Source of the DNA: a virus
Strand: one strand, 5' to 3'
DNA length: 64,000 bases
Virus record (IMG/VR): IMGVR_UViG_3300045988_148502
This document shows positions 63,798-64,000 of this stretch, in pieces (the stretch's first letter is position 1; each line of letters opens with the position of its first letter). The notes under the pieces were generated by a model. It worked only from the letters and a program-made list of their open reading frames with translations. It ran no database searches and was not told the DNA's origin. The position numbers and the translations under genes are program-made.

Positions 63798-63851
63798 GCT
63801 CTAAACACGCTCTAAACACCCAACGAAAAGCACAACAACATTCTCTAAACA
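63798..63851. repeat. three copies of CTCTAAACA (two as a perfect 11-bp tandem GCTCTAAACAC) upstream of the integrase; candidate arm-type or att-proximal sites
   Basis: GCTCTAAACAC at 63798-63808 and 63809-63819. CTCTAAACA again at 63843-63851. Confidence 0.5.
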
Positions 63852-63906
63852 TTTGCGTTTATTACGCTCATTTTCCGTGCGGAATGAACGTACCTTTTAA
63901 AAATAC

Positions 63907-63949
63907 AATAGGCGGTAAGCCTTTGTAAATGAAAAGCATACCGCCTATT
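63907..63949 (-). terminator. hairpin terminator of the converging gene at the right edge
   Basis: 11-bp stem AATAGGCGGTA / TACCGCCTATT with a 21-nt loop. Lies about 25 nt downstream (- strand) of the stop at 63974-63976. Confidence 0.55.
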
Positions 63950-63973
63950 TTATTGAGTATCAGCTATATCGTG

Positions 63974-64000
63974 CTATTCCTCGATTGCAGCCTGCGCCGC
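63974..64000 (-). CDS. 3' end of a gene entering from the right (…AAQAAIEE*), probably host flank
   Basis: Open - strand frame ending in TAG (63976-63974), followed by the terminator hairpin. Only 8 codons are visible. Confidence 0.3.
   Translation of the reverse strand, partial: AAQAAIEE

Larger units (their letters stand above)
1..63900. mobile_element. Integrated temperate phage (prophage), Bacteroidota-type host; at least 64 kb, left end not reached in this window
   Basis: Tyrosine integrase at the right end, HTH repressor at the left, replication/recombination block, lysis, DGR, fibre, capsid, terminase and portal genes. A converging host-like gene end plus terminator lies right of ~63900. 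Host type is inferred from a TAnnTTTG-type promoter box, the HU/DUF4494-like pair and the integrase type. Confidence 0.8.

Overview
Nearly the whole window appears to be one integrated temperate phage (at least 64 kb) of a Bacteroidota-type host. All calls come from reading the ORF translations and the DNA by eye; no homology search was run.

Layout, left to right:
- 86-1439 (-): a lysogeny operon with a CI-like HTH repressor, a lipoprotein and a small protein.
- 1581-19559 (+): a long early block. It holds a tRNA-like element, a Rad50/SbcC-like ATPase, a RecT-like protein, an MBL hydrolase, HU, a VRR-NUC nuclease, a DnaD-like/DnaC-like replication pair, a C5 cytosine methyltransferase locus, a PAPS-reductase-like protein and many small ORFs.
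- 19654-37502 (-): a late block. It holds three tandem paralogs, a lysis cassette with an amidase, a diversity-generating retroelement (DGR: RT, TR, and VR at the C-terminus of a 2645-aa fibre protein) with a HigB/HigA-like toxin-antitoxin pair lying between VR and TR, and capsid/scaffold candidates.
- 37563-41199 (+): an inverted packaging block with a rhomboid-like membrane protein and the large terminase.
- 41237-61126 (-): a portal candidate, a 5391-aa polyvalent protein (ParB-like, pyrophosphatase-like, N6-adenine methyltransferase, SF2 helicase and HExxH modules) and two low-complexity proteins.
- 61655-62066: a dense array of 15-bp palindromes.
- 62229-63710 (-): a tyrosine integrase, followed by att-proximal repeats and the end of a converging host-like gene.

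Strongest observations:
1. The DGR is proven directly by 17 adenine-only TR/VR mismatches. No Avd-like gene was recognised.
2. The 16-kb polyvalent gene looks like a DarB-type injected anti-restriction protein.
3. The C5-methyltransferase locus has two overlapping frames that are both stop-free for over 1.1 kb, and each carries methyltransferase-family-like motifs.
4. A tRNA-like element has canonical acceptor, D and T arms but no anticodon arm that I could fold.
5. The palindrome/iteron array sits next to the integrase.
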